From the NCBI GenBank assembly GCA_014237145.1, contig JAAXOC010000110.1, forward strand, positions 25,639 to 89,638: a stretch of DNA of 64,000 bases, written 5' to 3'. The stretch comes from ANME-2 cluster archaeon. GTDB lineage: Archaea > Halobacteriota > Methanosarcinia > Methanosarcinales > Methanocomedenaceae. The notes beneath the pieces are model-generated. The model worked only from the letters and a program-made list of their open reading frames with translations. It was not told where the DNA came from and made no database searches. Below are positions 1-10,958 of this stretch, in pieces. The position numbers and the translations under genes are program-made. The stretch's first letter is position 1, and the number at the start of each line of letters is the position of its first letter.

Positions 1-1769
1 AGCCTTGTATCAGGTCATGTATGGTGTCTGCGATGGTATCAGCAGGGGCGCGGACCTGCTTCATGGAATCGCGGTCACGGATGGTGATCGTACCGTCCTC
101 CAGGGTATCGTAATCTACTGTAATGGAATACGGCGTGCCGATCTCGTCATTCCTGCGGTAACGTCTGCCGATAGTGCCCGAATCATCATAGGCCGCCATC
201 ACACCTTTGTGCTTGAGCGCGGATTCTATATTTCGTGCAGGCTCTATCAGTTCCTCACGGGTCAACAGCGGCAGCACGGCAGCCTGTACCGGCGCTACTT
301 CGCTCTTCAGTCCAAGTACGATCCTACCTTCATCCTCGCTCTTCACCTTGTCTTTACCCTGTACTTCGTCCTCGCCCTTCACCACGTCTTCGCCATGCAC
401 TTCCTCTTCCCTGAAAGCATGTTCGAGCACCGCATAGATAATACGGTCTATACCGAATGAGGGTTCAATAACATGGGGCACGATGTTCTCACCGTGTATG
501 GTCTCGGTCACCTGCTGTATCTCGTACATATCAGGAGGTATGTCCACCTGTTCTCCGTCAACCTGGATACTGATCATCTGATTGCTTTTTGAATCTAATT
601 TATTTCCGGCATCCATTGACTTCAATGCATCCATTACGGCCTTTGCCTTGCCCTTGAATGCAGGTCCTATCTTACCCATATCAGGTTTGACCACCACTTT
701 TTCCACAACCCTGGGTTCATCATATTCCACGTACACTGACAGGTCGGCCTTGCTCACCCTGCTGTGGGCTTTAAGGTCATAGTCGGTACGGTCGGCTATA
801 CCCACGATCTCCACCCAGCCGAACCTGTCCGACAGTATTTCGGCATCCCAACAGTCTATTGCATAATGGGCCATCTCATCCTTCATATGCTGCCTGAAGC
901 GCAGCCGTTCAGGGGATACGCCCACCCGCACCAGGAACTGGTGGGTCATTGCAAGTGCATATGCCAGGAACTGGTGGGCGATTATACCCTGCTCCACTGC
1001 CTCGCCCAGGCTCATCTCGATCTGGTCCTTGCCTGATGACTGGGCCGGGTCTGAATACAGGATCAGCACATTATCCCGGATGCTGTCGAAGCCGGGATGA
1101 CTCTTGTCCCTGGGGTCTACGAAGATCTCAGCCTCTGCCTGGGTGAACTCCCGCAACCTGATGACACCCTGGCGTGGTGATATCTCATTGCGGTATGCTT
1201 TTCCTATCTGGGTGACGCCAAAGGGCAGTTTTTCCCTGTAAAAGCGCAGCAGCCTGGGGAAATCCACGAACATGCCCTGTGCGGTTTCAGGACGCAGGTA
1301 ACCGACACGTTTGGAGCCGGGACCGATGGATGTGCTGAACATGAGGTTGAACTCGTACACGCCGCCCAGTTCGCCACCGCAGTCAGGACATCTGATATTA
1401 TTCTCCTTGATAATAACAGAAAGTTCATCCGGGGTTAGCGTGTCAGGATTGCGGGCAAAATCCTCTACGAGATGGTCTGCCCTGAAAGATTCGTGGCACT
1501 TCACACATTCGGTCAGCGGGTCTGAGAACCCACCAACGTGTCCTGAAGCTACGAACACGTCCTCTATACCGATGGTAGGCACCTCAATTTCGTAGTAACC
1601 TTCGTTAATGACATAAATATCGCGCCAGATATTTTCTATCCTGCGCTTAAGCATGGCGCCCAGAGGCCCGTAGTCATAGAACCCGGCTGTTCCGCCGTAA
1701 ATTTCGAACGAGTTCCAGAGGAAGCCGCGCCTCTTGGCCAGTTCGATAACACTGTCATATATATCCATA
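1..1769 (-). CDS. glyS: glycyl-tRNA synthetase, archaeal/eukaryotic alpha2 type (C-terminal end runs off window start)
   Basis: Reverse-strand translation from ATG at 1767-1769 reads MDIYDSVIELAKRRGFLWNSFEIYGGTAGFYDYGPLGA... with class II aaRS core and anticodon-binding region; frame stays open to position 1, so it is absent from the ORF track; + strand ORFs 5..1595 are antisense artefacts. Confidence 0.8.
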
Positions 1770-1848
1770 GTTTATCACTTGCTTGCTATCAGATGTTTGT
1801 TTAAGATTTGATTTGTAATGTCGGGAGGTTAAATATTATTTACCCTGA

Positions 1849-2763
1849 TCACTCCCAATCACCTGTCAGGAGTTCATCAATATGAATGTCCTTTCCGGTC
1901 CTGACCATATACAGCCGGGTCCACCAGATCACTATTAACGGCTGGATGGTCACCAGTATCAATACCTGGCTGCCCAGTGACCAGATCATGTTCAACCCAT
2001 CACTGCCAATAAGGGCAATTACCTTACCCGCAAAAAAGAAAATAACTGTCACCACAGTGGAAAGTAGGAAGATGACCAGCCACAGGATAAATACACTAAG
2101 CTTGTTCTCCATGAAGAACTCATATCCCCTTATGATCCCATCCATGGCCCCGGTTCTTTCTATCACTATGGAATAGAGCACGATTGCAAGGACCACATTC
2201 AGGACCAGCAGGTAAATAACCCATATTACTATGCCCATGAGCAGTAGAAGTATGCCGGATGTGAACTGGGTGGATTCCACAACCTCCATGTAATTCCTGG
2301 TCAAAATGGCACCTGGCACCACGAAAATGATCCCTGCGATCATCATCAGCATTATCAGGAAATTAGCCAAAAAGATATTGATAAAATTGCTGCTGCCTGC
2401 ATTGAACATATCTGTAATAGAGGTATCACCCCTTGAAGTTGCGTTCTGGCTCATACCCACCGCACCTGCAAAGAAATATGCATCGAACAGTACCAGTATA
2501 AGGAAGACCAAAAAGGCTATGATTATTACGCCTGTGAGATTCTCCATAATGGAAACCGACATCAGGTCAAATAATTCATCCTCTGTCATGGAAGCCATAC
2601 CTGAGAGGTTCTGGCCGAAAAATAACAACATTGCTGCTATGGCAGCAAAGAACATGACAGTGAACTGTACCACATAGTTGATGAGCAGTGGGATACAGAT
2701 GTTAAGATTATGGGTCCAGGAATGGAATCCCTTGGTTATGATATTCTCCAGGTTCTCGCTCAT
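1849..2763 (-). CDS. polytopic integral membrane protein, function unknown
   Basis: 304 aa ORF with about 8 hydrophobic helices; no recognisable catalytic motif. Confidence 0.5.
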   Translation of the reverse strand: MSENLENIITKGFHSWTHNLNICIPLLINYVVQFTVMFFAAIAAMLLFFGQNLSGMASMTEDELFDLMSVSIMENLTGVIIIAFLVFLILVLFDAYFFAGAVGMSQNATSRGDTSITDMFNAGSSNFINIFLANFLIMLMMIAGIIFVVPGAILTRNYMEVVESTQFTSGILLLLMGIVIWVIYLLVLNVVLAIVLYSIVIERTGAMDGIIRGYEFFMENKLSVFILWLVIFLLSTVVTVIFFFAGKVIALIGSDGLNMIWSLGSQVLILVTIQPLIVIWWTRLYMVRTGKDIHIDELLTGDWE

Positions 2764-2789
2764 GCATACTAATATATGATTTCACTATA

Positions 2790-2953
2790 AAAAATATGCG
2801 AATTCCATGGGCCTTGGGATAAAATGTATATGAATTCTATGCCATGGGACAAAATGTATATGAATTCTATGCCATGGGATAAAATGTATATGAATTCTAT
2901 GCCATGGGATAAAATGTATATGAATTCTATGCCATGGGACAAAATGTATACTA
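2790..2953. repeat. tandem array of a 30-bp unit (aaaatgtatatgaattctatgccatgggaY), 4 perfect copies plus degenerate flanking copies
   Basis: Direct reading of 2821-2940 shows 4 head-to-tail units differing only at the last base; a degenerate unit precedes (2790-2820) and a partial unit follows (2941-2953); lies just upstream of the start of the 1849..2763 gene. Confidence 0.9.
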
Positions 2954-2972
2954 ATTCAGATGTGTACCAAAG

Positions 2973-4130
2973 TTAATTCTCTCTTTTATCTGCTATGAAA
3001 TCCTCTGTGTACTGGTATGCCACATCATCAGTATATTGTTCCGGAGGATGCTTCATGAAAAAGGATGAAGGAGATAAAAGTGCACCACCAATGCCCCTTT
3101 CGAGCGCCAGCTTGCAGCACCTGATGGCATCAATGGATACTCCTGCCGAATTAGGGGAGTCCTCAACAGACAACCGCAGTTCCAGGTCCATGGGAACATC
3201 GCCGAAAAGCCTGCCCTCCATCCTGATAAAACAAACCTTGTTATCCTTCTGCCAGGGAACATAATCACTTGGCCCGATATGGATGTTGTCAGGATCAAGT
3301 CTTTCACCAAGTACTGATTGGACTGCTTCTGTTTTTGATGTCTTCTTAGAAGCAAGCCTGTTCCTGTTGAGCATATTAAGAAAGTCAGTATTGCCGCCTG
3401 TATTCAACTGGTAGGTTCTATCCAGTTTAACTCCCCTCTTTTCGAACAGGTCCACCAGTGTCCTGTGTGTGATAGTGGCACCGATCTGGGCCTTTATGTC
3501 ATCCCCGATTATTGGGATACCCTTTTCCTCAAACTTTGCCGCCCACACAGGGTCACTGGCAATAAAGACAGGAATATTATTAATAAAACCCACACCTGCT
3601 TCCAGGGCACATTCAGCATAGAATTTTGAAGCATCTTCTGAGCCAACCGGGCAGTAGTTCAGGAGCATCTCAGCACCGGATTCCTGTAATATCCTTACTA
3701 CGTCTTCTTTTGATGGTTCTTTCTCATCGGACAGTATGAATGTACGATCTTCGTCATAATCCGCCATATGGGAAGAATAGCCGTCAAGTGCCTTTCCCAT
3801 ACTTACCCTGATACCTGTTTTTGGGATTTCACTGCAAAATGTTGTTGTACAGTTCGGCAATGTAAAAATGGCTTTGGAAACATCCACACCCACTTTACGC
3901 TTGTCAATATCAAAAGCAGCAACTACTTCGATATTATAAGGCTTATAACCGCTGATATCCCAGTGCATCAATCCATTTGAATCATTGCTGTCCCTGTTTT
4001 TATAGTACTCAAGGCCCTGGATCAATGAACTTGCACAATTACCGATCCCTACAATCCCGATTTTAATATTTCCCATCCGTAGTTTCCACCATTTTTTACT
4101 TTGTTCAAAGGGGAGATACATCCAGCCCAA
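2973..4130 (-). CDS. myo-inositol-1-phosphate synthase
   Basis: 385 aa; N-terminal Rossmann motif GIVGIGNCASSLIQG and overall archaeal MIPS-like sequence. Confidence 0.85.
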   Translation of the reverse strand: MGWMYLPFEQSKKWWKLRMGNIKIGIVGIGNCASSLIQGLEYYKNRDSNDSNGLMHWDISGYKPYNIEVVAAFDIDKRKVGVDVSKAIFTLPNCTTTFCSEIPKTGIRVSMGKALDGYSSHMADYDEDRTFILSDEKEPSKEDVVRILQESGAEMLLNYCPVGSEDASKFYAECALEAGVGFINNIPVFIASDPVWAAKFEEKGIPIIGDDIKAQIGATITHRTLVDLFEKRGVKLDRTYQLNTGGNTDFLNMLNRNRLASKKTSKTEAVQSVLGERLDPDNIHIGPSDYVPWQKDNKVCFIRMEGRLFGDVPMDLELRLSVEDSPNSAGVSIDAIRCCKLALERGIGGALLSPSSFFMKHPPEQYTDDVAYQYTEDFIADKREN

Positions 4131-4390
4131 TAGAATTTCAAACTTTTATTAATAATTCATATGTACATAAAGTTTACCTGATATGGTTATTTAAGCACAA
4201 AGAGATAAAACAATTGCCCCTGTATTATATTAATTGATTGTATGCCATTATCTGCCCTTAAGATTAAATTTGCGGTTTTCTGCTGTATCTAATCTATAAG
4301 ATTATGACTCCAAGCAAATGTGACCGAAGGGAGCATTTTCTTGCTGTAATCGTGTAGTTCAGAATGTTTTCGACTGTAATAATGTATGAT

Positions 4391-6301
4391 TTACATATCA
4401 TTATCCATGACCTTACCGCTCATGTTATATGTCCTCATACCTGCAGGCAAACTGTCACAAAATTCGTCACTTTGCAGTACTTCAAGGAATATCTTGCCCA
4501 TCTCACTTTCAATGAACTTTTCCTGTACGACAAAATCATATTCCTCATCAGCAATATAGATGAATTTCAACCCGTTCAATTCAGCCGCCGACCTGATCCC
4601 TACACCCACATCAGCTCTTCCCAAACGAACGGACGCCGCAACTGCACTGTGTGTTCTGGCCTCTGTATCATATCCTTCGATTGCAGCACACAGTTCATCA
4701 AATCCTGTTTTTCTCTTTTTGGCCACTTCCTTTAGTTTCATATCCGTAAACACCCTTGTGCCCGAACCCCGCGTACGGTTTATCATCCTTCTGCCCACAA
4801 TGTCTTCAAATCCCACAATGTCACTGCCAGGTTCTACAATAAGTCCCTGGTCCCGCAGGTAACCTTTGACAAGCACGGCATTATCCAGTCCAAAGGTCTT
4901 GAAGAACGAGAGGTTGTACTTCCCTGTTTCGTCCATCAGATGCACTCCGCCCATGTCAGCGATCCCATCCCTTACCGCTATCATTCCTCCTGTACTGCCG
5001 GTATTTATCATTCTCACACTAAAGGGCAAAAGGCGCATCAGTGCCTCAAAACCCAGGCAATGGCTGCCTATGAAAAGCACGTCAGGGGATTTTACATCCC
5101 CCATCAGGGTAACTACCACTTCATCACCTGCATCAAGCATCTCTACCCTGGGGTCTATCTCAATGAAACCATCTGCATCTGCCAGTGTTGTTATGGCACC
5201 GGACCCCTTATCTACCGGATATGCCTGGCCTCTTACAAGACCCACTGTTAGTAACTGCCGCCGCCCTGGTGAATGATAATCCACTGCCATTTGTGCCCTT
5301 ACCGTGGACCTTGAGCTGGATAATCCCAGGGTATGCCTGATAAGAGGTGCAGTGAATTCATTGAAAATTGTGAGTGCGGATGTTGGATAACCTGGCAGCC
5401 CGAAGACTGGTGTGTCATCCACTATGCCAACTATTACTGGTTTTCCTGGCTTGATATCGATACCATGGATAAGTTCCTTGCCACGCTCACCTATGATACG
5501 GTACATCATATCACCTGCACCAGCCGAAGTGCTGCCCGATGTTATTACGAGCTGGCATTCATCCACGGCACGGCCCAGTATCTCTTCCATATAGGGACGG
5601 TTGTCCCTGACAATACCATAGTACTTGACCTCTGCACCACATTCCCTGGCTGCTGCACCAATAGAATATGAATTGATATCATAGACCATACCCGACCCCA
5701 GTTTGCTGCCTGGCGGGACAAGTTCCGACCCTGTTGATATTATTCCTACGACCAGATTCCTGGCCTTAATGTGCTGCACTCCTACTGCAGACAGCACACC
5801 GATCTCCCTTGGTGTCAACCTGGTACCTGCCTGCAGCACTCTTTCTCCCACCATGATATCCGAGCCCGCATGGATAACATTCTCATTAACAGAGACCGGA
5901 CGCATAATATGGACGCTGCTGCCTTCAGTCCTGGTGTATTCTACCATCACTACCGCATCGGCACCGACAGGCATCATGGCACCGGTTGATATCTCCACTG
6001 CCGTACCTTTGCTTACCTTAACATCAGGAACAGAGCCTGTATCAACACTGCCTGCAAGTTTTAGTGTTACCGGCTTGTCCTCTCTTGCCAGATATGTATC
6101 TTTTGCACGTACGGCATATCCATCCATAGAGGCACGGTCAAAACCCGGGACATCCACCTCTGCAGTAATATCCTCAGCCAGCACTCTACCCAGGGCTTCT
6201 TTCAATCCCAGTTCCAATATCCCGGGCTCAAGGTGTATCTGGCTGATAACCTGCCTGGCATGCTGTGATGATATCAGTTCCCTGAACTCTTTTCTTTCCA
6301 T
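4391..6301 (-). CDS. moeA: molybdopterin molybdenumtransferase MoeA with C-terminal periplasmic-binding-protein-like domain
   Basis: 636 aa; MoeA N-domain and MPT-binding core (ITSGSTSAGAGD region) followed by ~200 aa PBP-like extension typical of archaeal MoeA paralogs. Confidence 0.75.
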   Translation of the reverse strand: MERKEFRELISSQHARQVISQIHLEPGILELGLKEALGRVLAEDITAEVDVPGFDRASMDGYAVRAKDTYLAREDKPVTLKLAGSVDTGSVPDVKVSKGTAVEISTGAMMPVGADAVVMVEYTRTEGSSVHIMRPVSVNENVIHAGSDIMVGERVLQAGTRLTPREIGVLSAVGVQHIKARNLVVGIISTGSELVPPGSKLGSGMVYDINSYSIGAAARECGAEVKYYGIVRDNRPYMEEILGRAVDECQLVITSGSTSAGAGDMMYRIIGERGKELIHGIDIKPGKPVIVGIVDDTPVFGLPGYPTSALTIFNEFTAPLIRHTLGLSSSRSTVRAQMAVDYHSPGRRQLLTVGLVRGQAYPVDKGSGAITTLADADGFIEIDPRVEMLDAGDEVVVTLMGDVKSPDVLFIGSHCLGFEALMRLLPFSVRMINTGSTGGMIAVRDGIADMGGVHLMDETGKYNLSFFKTFGLDNAVLVKGYLRDQGLIVEPGSDIVGFEDIVGRRMINRTRGSGTRVFTDMKLKEVAKKRKTGFDELCAAIEGYDTEARTHSAVAASVRLGRADVGVGIRSAAELNGLKFIYIADEEYDFVVQEKFIESEMGKIFLEVLQSDEFCDSLPAGMRTYNMSGKVMDNDM

Positions 6302-6495
6302 CTTAAAACCTGAAGTAGTTACAGCATTAGAAAAGATAAGTTTGGTGATTTGATCGGATGATGATTTATTCCCACAAAATAACTAACGGTTACGTTTAGA
6401 TCCGGCAATACCCTTGAATACCCGTAAAACTCAAAGCTATCCGGAAATACAGGAAATTGTCCGGAATGAACATGTTCCGGTAAAGTTACAGCAGA

Positions 6496-6708
6496 TCAAC
6501 AAGAATTATGACTAATGGCGCTTGCCGGACATGAGTCCACGCACAGGCAGCATTCAGTGCATTCTTCGATATTGGGCGCTGTGGCTTTGTCGTCAACCAG
6601 TTCAAATACTTCTACCGGACATACGTCCACACATTCGCCAGCACCTACACATTTGTCATTATCTATCTCGAGCGTAATACCATTAGCTTCATACTTTTTT
6701 ACTACCAT
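6496..6708 (-). CDS. 2x[4Fe-4S] ferredoxin
   Basis: 70 aa with two CxxCxxCxxxCP motifs (CVGAGECVDVCP, CTECCLCVDSCP). Confidence 0.8.
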   Translation of the reverse strand: MVVKKYEANGITLEIDNDKCVGAGECVDVCPVEVFELVDDKATAPNIEECTECCLCVDSCPASAISHNSC

Positions 6709-6881
6709 TCTTAACCTCCTGTTAATGTACTGATAAATCCCATCTGAGGGATCTTATCCTATTAAAACAATATTCAACTACTTCTTAATATGTTTTTCTT
6801 GCTGATGAATTTGTGGATGCAATGATAGTGTTTTGATGCAACTTGCCAGATATAGTGATGGTGTCCCCACAACTCCTATTG

Positions 6882-7874
6882 TTACTTCTGTTTTCTAAGA
6901 GCCCTCATTGTTTCCTTGTGAAGAGAAGCGATAAGATCACCCATCATAGCAAAGATGAACATCTGTATCCCGCCTATTATGATAAGTGTGGTCAACATCG
7001 CCAGCAAAACATGTGTGACCCCGGCCATCCACTCGTTCACAACGTATATACCGATGACCAATCCGATAAGAATGGTCACTCCTCCCATCACACTGAAATA
7101 AAATAAAGGATTATTCATTTTTGCCATTTTGAATATCGTCCTCCCTATCCTGAACCCGTCGGTTATAGGATTTAACTTAGTGGCTGCCCCTCCGGGCCTG
7201 GCAAGGTAAGTAATGGGTACCACTTTGATATCAACCTCTTGCCTGACACATTCAACAGTGATCTCGGTCTCTATCTCAAACCCGGTCTGGTTCAGTACCA
7301 TATTTGAGATTGTCTCCCTTGTGAAACCCCTGTATCCGGATAATATATCACTGAGCCATTCCCCATAAGCGAATCCAAAGAGCTTGTTAAGGATCCTGTT
7401 CCCTATCTTGTTCAATCTGGTGAAGGCATCTTTACCCGGGTTTGCAAACCTGTTACCTATAACATGTCCGGCCCCTTCTGCAAGTGCATCCATGATGAGG
7501 TTAACTTCACCAGGCAGGTATGTACCATCACCGTCTATCATGATCAGATACGGGCTGTCGATAATGTCAAAGGCCTGCATAACAGCCTGTCCTTTTCCCT
7601 TACCGGTCTGCATTACGACATTGGCACCCTTCTCCCTGGCAATATCTGCCGTACCATCCTTGCTGTGGCCGTCCAGTACCAGGATATTGGAAAATCCCAT
7701 TGACATGAATTCGTCGACCAGATCACCTATGGTATGGGATTCATTCATTGTGGGGATGAAGATGCAAACCTCATCTGGTTGGATGCTCTGTACCTCATCC
7801 GGCTGAATACTCTTCATATCTGTCGTTCGCTTCATTATATTCCAACTACCCGCCACTACATCAATATTCATCAA
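6882..7874 (-). CDS. family 2 glycosyltransferase (dolichyl/polyprenyl-phosphate sugar transferase-like) with C-terminal TM helices
   Basis: 330 aa; GT2 fold signature (IPTMNESHTI...DGDGT) and two C-terminal hydrophobic helices. Confidence 0.8.
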   Translation of the reverse strand: MMNIDVVAGSWNIMKRTTDMKSIQPDEVQSIQPDEVCIFIPTMNESHTIGDLVDEFMSMGFSNILVLDGHSKDGTADIAREKGANVVMQTGKGKGQAVMQAFDIIDSPYLIMIDGDGTYLPGEVNLIMDALAEGAGHVIGNRFANPGKDAFTRLNKIGNRILNKLFGFAYGEWLSDILSGYRGFTRETISNMVLNQTGFEIETEITVECVRQEVDIKVVPITYLARPGGAATKLNPITDGFRIGRTIFKMAKMNNPLFYFSVMGGVTILIGLVIGIYVVNEWMAGVTHVLLAMLTTLIIIGGIQMFIFAMMGDLIASLHKETMRALRKQK

Positions 7875-7886
7875 TATTAAATGTAT

Positions 7887-8807
7887 TCAATCTTTTAATA
7901 ATAATACCGCGGCTGCTATCACCAATAGCACGTAAACGGCCCCCATGAATGGCATTTCAGTGGGAACAGGGATTGTGGACTCGTTCTCTCCCGGCTCTTC
8001 TGACAGGTTGTTTTGCGGTGGCGGAACTATATCTATAATGTAAGTTATTTCTGCTCCCTCTGCATCGGCACCTTCATTGTCAGTTGCACTTACATTGTCA
8101 GTCATACCCTCATCAGTTGCACTTACATTGTCAGTCGCACCTTCAACAGTTGCACTTACATTGTCAGTCGCACCTTCAACAGTTGCACTTACATTGTTAG
8201 TCGCATCAATACTCTCATTTATTGCACCGAACCTACCAGAAAGATCAGATGTCCTGATGCTCACATTATCAATACCCTTGGTCGATATGATCTGCATACC
8301 TTCAGGGAAACTAACTGACAGCAGCGACCCGGGTTCTCCAAGGAACCATATGGTACTGCCATTTTCCAGCAGTCCTCCCGAAAATGAGTATGTTACCCTG
8401 TAGGTGTTTGTCAATTCTGTCATGCTCTTGACGGGGCCCAGTGCATTTTTAGAAAGTGAAGCATCGATATCCAGTACCTCAATACCAAGTGAAGAATTGT
8501 CTATCCTGACATCCGTTTCACGTTCAATAGCATCCCTGAAACGTTCCCTCATCCGCTTGTCTGCCTTCATCAGTTCCGATGTACTGACAAAATCGTCCTT
8601 GTTCCCCTGCTTGTTATCGATATCGTATTTGAATACAAAGGAATCCATATCAGACAGCTCTTCTGTGTACTGCCATTCCATGCCGTCCAAATGAATAATG
8701 ACCTGGTTGCTCCAGTTATATTCGGCGCTGGCACTTCCGGTAACCAGGGCTGCAAATATTGTTATTCCAAATAGTCCTGCAATTATTCTAAGACGTACCA
8801 TGATCAC
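7887..8807 (-). CDS. secreted cell-surface protein with 11-aa tandem repeats and C-terminal TM anchor
   Basis: 306 aa; signal peptide, four copies of TDNVSATVEGA encoded by 33-bp DNA repeats at ~8079-8215, C-terminal hydrophobic helix followed by LLKD. Confidence 0.55.
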   Translation of the reverse strand: MIMVRLRIIAGLFGITIFAALVTGSASAEYNWSNQVIIHLDGMEWQYTEELSDMDSFVFKYDIDNKQGNKDDFVSTSELMKADKRMRERFRDAIERETDVRIDNSSLGIEVLDIDASLSKNALGPVKSMTELTNTYRVTYSFSGGLLENGSTIWFLGEPGSLLSVSFPEGMQIISTKGIDNVSIRTSDLSGRFGAINESIDATNNVSATVEGATDNVSATVEGATDNVSATDEGMTDNVSATDNEGADAEGAEITYIIDIVPPPQNNLSEEPGENESTIPVPTEMPFMGAVYVLLVIAAAVLLLKD

Positions 8808-9712
8808 CTGGTTATTACCGTACAGCCGTCCTCTTCGACCATTAAGGTATGTTCTGCCTGGGAGACCAGTTTCCCAGTTTCCTCTTTCAGTACCGGATAA
8901 GAGGAAATGTTCCCGTTCTTTTCAAGCTGCAGCATTGCAAAGTCCAGGTGCTTTGAATTGAGCCACCGCTTTGCAAAGGGCAGTGTCCTGAATGGTTCGA
9001 TCTCTTTTAAGATGGCCCTGGCAGCGGGAGCCCGGATGGGCTTGTTGCCAACCTTATTATATATCTCAGTACCTGCCCCCTCACTCACATATCCCCTGCC
9101 GTCGGTGGCAAAAGGTTCTATGGCCACCACCTGCCCCACTTCAAGGATAACACCGGAATCAACAGGGATATTGGGTATAGTAGGCGGCACATGCTGCATA
9201 TACTGGGCCAGACCGTGCCCTGTCAGGTTAGCCACGGGTTTATACCCAAAACCTGTAATGGTATCATTGATGATCACTCCCAGTTCTGCTGTGTTAATTC
9301 CTGCATGTACGGCCTGGATGGCAGCTTCAAGGGCTGCTTCGGCTGCATCAACCAGTTCAGGGTGCCCTGATAAGTCCACAGTGATGGCTGTATCGGCAAT
9401 GTATCCATCGATATGCACACCGATATCCAGTTTGACCATATCCTCGCCGAACACATCAGTATCTTCCTTTGTGGGTGTGGCATGGGCAGCCTCCTCGTTG
9501 CAGGATATGTTTATTGGAAATGCCGGCTCACCCCCTTCTTTACGGATCATGTTCTCGCCGAAGTTTGCCACATCAAGCAGGGACGCACCCACCTGAACCT
9601 GTTTTGCGGTCTCTTTCCTGACACGGGCAAGTATCTTACCGGCAGTTGTGTATTTCGTGACTATTTCATTGATTTCCTTGACCAACTCGTTTTCGTCCAT
9701 TACTAACATCAC
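8804..9712 (-). CDS. map: methionine aminopeptidase, type 2 (archaeal)
   Basis: 302 aa M24A peptidase with conserved metal-ligand residues; typical archaeal MetAP2 length. Confidence 0.9.
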   Translation of the reverse strand: MMLVMDENELVKEINEIVTKYTTAGKILARVRKETAKQVQVGASLLDVANFGENMIRKEGGEPAFPINISCNEEAAHATPTKEDTDVFGEDMVKLDIGVHIDGYIADTAITVDLSGHPELVDAAEAALEAAIQAVHAGINTAELGVIINDTITGFGYKPVANLTGHGLAQYMQHVPPTIPNIPVDSGVILEVGQVVAIEPFATDGRGYVSEGAGTEIYNKVGNKPIRAPAARAILKEIEPFRTLPFAKRWLNSKHLDFAMLQLEKNGNISSYPVLKEETGKLVSQAEHTLMVEEDGCTVITR

Positions 9713-9722
9713 CTGTGATTAT

Positions 9723-10865
9723 TCATAACTGTAGATTCTTATCAAATATAGTTAAATTCTTGCATCCGACATCAGTGACCACTACCATATCCTCCACACG
9801 TACGCCACCCACGTCCTTATAATACAGTCCGGGTTCCACTGTCACCACATTCCCCACCTCCAGTTCAACATCCTGCAAACCCAGGCCCGGTTTTTCATGT
9901 ACTTCAAGCCCCACGCCGTGACCCGTAGAATGGATAAAACCTTCATCATCCCCAACCTTAAAACCGGCATCGTCCAGTGTATCGCATACCGCCTGGTGCA
10001 CATCACTGCCATTTACCCCGGGTCTGATAAGCCCAAATGCGGTCTCCTGTGCTTCCACTACTGCGCTATGCATTTCTACGATCCTGGGATCCGGCTCACC
10101 AATGACAACGGTCCTGCTCATGTCGCAGTAATACCGGCTCACCATATGACGGGGGAACACGTCCAGTACGATAGGCTGGTGGGCCTTCAGTACTCCGCTT
10201 CCCTGCCAGTGGGGGTCAGCAGAACCGGGTCCGCAGGCCACAATAGTGTCATCAGCCTCGCAGCTGTGATCCAGCAAAGAGTGGTGTATGACTGCCCTGA
10301 CTGCTTCGGCAGTGAGGGGGGTGCCATTATGGATCAATTCATCATCACTGACCTGTGCCCTGCTAATAAATTCAATGGCCAGTGCCACAGCTTGTTCGCA
10401 TATGCGCTGGACCGCCGTGATGGCCCGGATCTCTGATCCGGTCTTATTTTCCCTCAACCTTGCAATAGGGCTCTTGACACTTGTGATCTTGAAACCCTCA
10501 GCCTTCAGGCATTCACCAAAGAACAGTGGAAAGTCCCTGGGCACTGCAATGGTGCTGCACCCTTCTTTTTCCAGCAGCCTGGCCAGCACTTTGCAGTATA
10601 CTACGCCGCTGTCATTGTGCCACTTCAATTCATCCATGAGTCCGTAATCGGACGAAGACCTGACATCGTTTATCCCGGATTCCTTCTCAGCCCGGCCTTT
10701 TTCCATACTTGATACCAGCAGGATATCCCCTCCGGCATGCAGGTATGTGAAAGCGTCAGGTGCCAGGAACCTGGTGGCATAGTATATATCCGGGCTGCGG
10801 TGGCTGTCGGCATGCAGCAGGTAGGCATCAAAACCGTTCTGCTGTAAAAAATTTTTAAGTTCCAT
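9723..10865 (-). CDS. M24B family Xaa-Pro aminopeptidase/dipeptidase
   Basis: 380 aa with creatinase-like N-domain and pita-bread C-domain (HSTGHGVGLEVHE). Confidence 0.8.
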   Translation of the reverse strand: MELKNFLQQNGFDAYLLHADSHRSPDIYYATRFLAPDAFTYLHAGGDILLVSSMEKGRAEKESGINDVRSSSDYGLMDELKWHNDSGVVYCKVLARLLEKEGCSTIAVPRDFPLFFGECLKAEGFKITSVKSPIARLRENKTGSEIRAITAVQRICEQAVALAIEFISRAQVSDDELIHNGTPLTAEAVRAVIHHSLLDHSCEADDTIVACGPGSADPHWQGSGVLKAHQPIVLDVFPRHMVSRYYCDMSRTVVIGEPDPRIVEMHSAVVEAQETAFGLIRPGVNGSDVHQAVCDTLDDAGFKVGDDEGFIHSTGHGVGLEVHEKPGLGLQDVELEVGNVVTVEPGLYYKDVGGVRVEDMVVVTDVGCKNLTIFDKNLQL

Positions 10866-10958
10866 AATATCCCTGCATATTGTTCTTTAACCCCCTGGCA
10901 GCCAGTACGCCAGTGACTGCTGCATTGATAATATCATGGATTGTATCATGCGTCTTAT

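Noticed and set aside
5-1595. Plus-strand ORFs 5..460, 207..437, 582..782, 764..1036, 949..1146, 1311..1595
   Set aside because: All lie antisense to the long open glyS frame on the minus strand and have low-complexity products.
2790-2953. Possible CRISPR array (regular 30-bp repeats)
   Set aside because: Units are directly adjacent with no spacers, and there are no cas genes nearby, so this is a simple tandem repeat.
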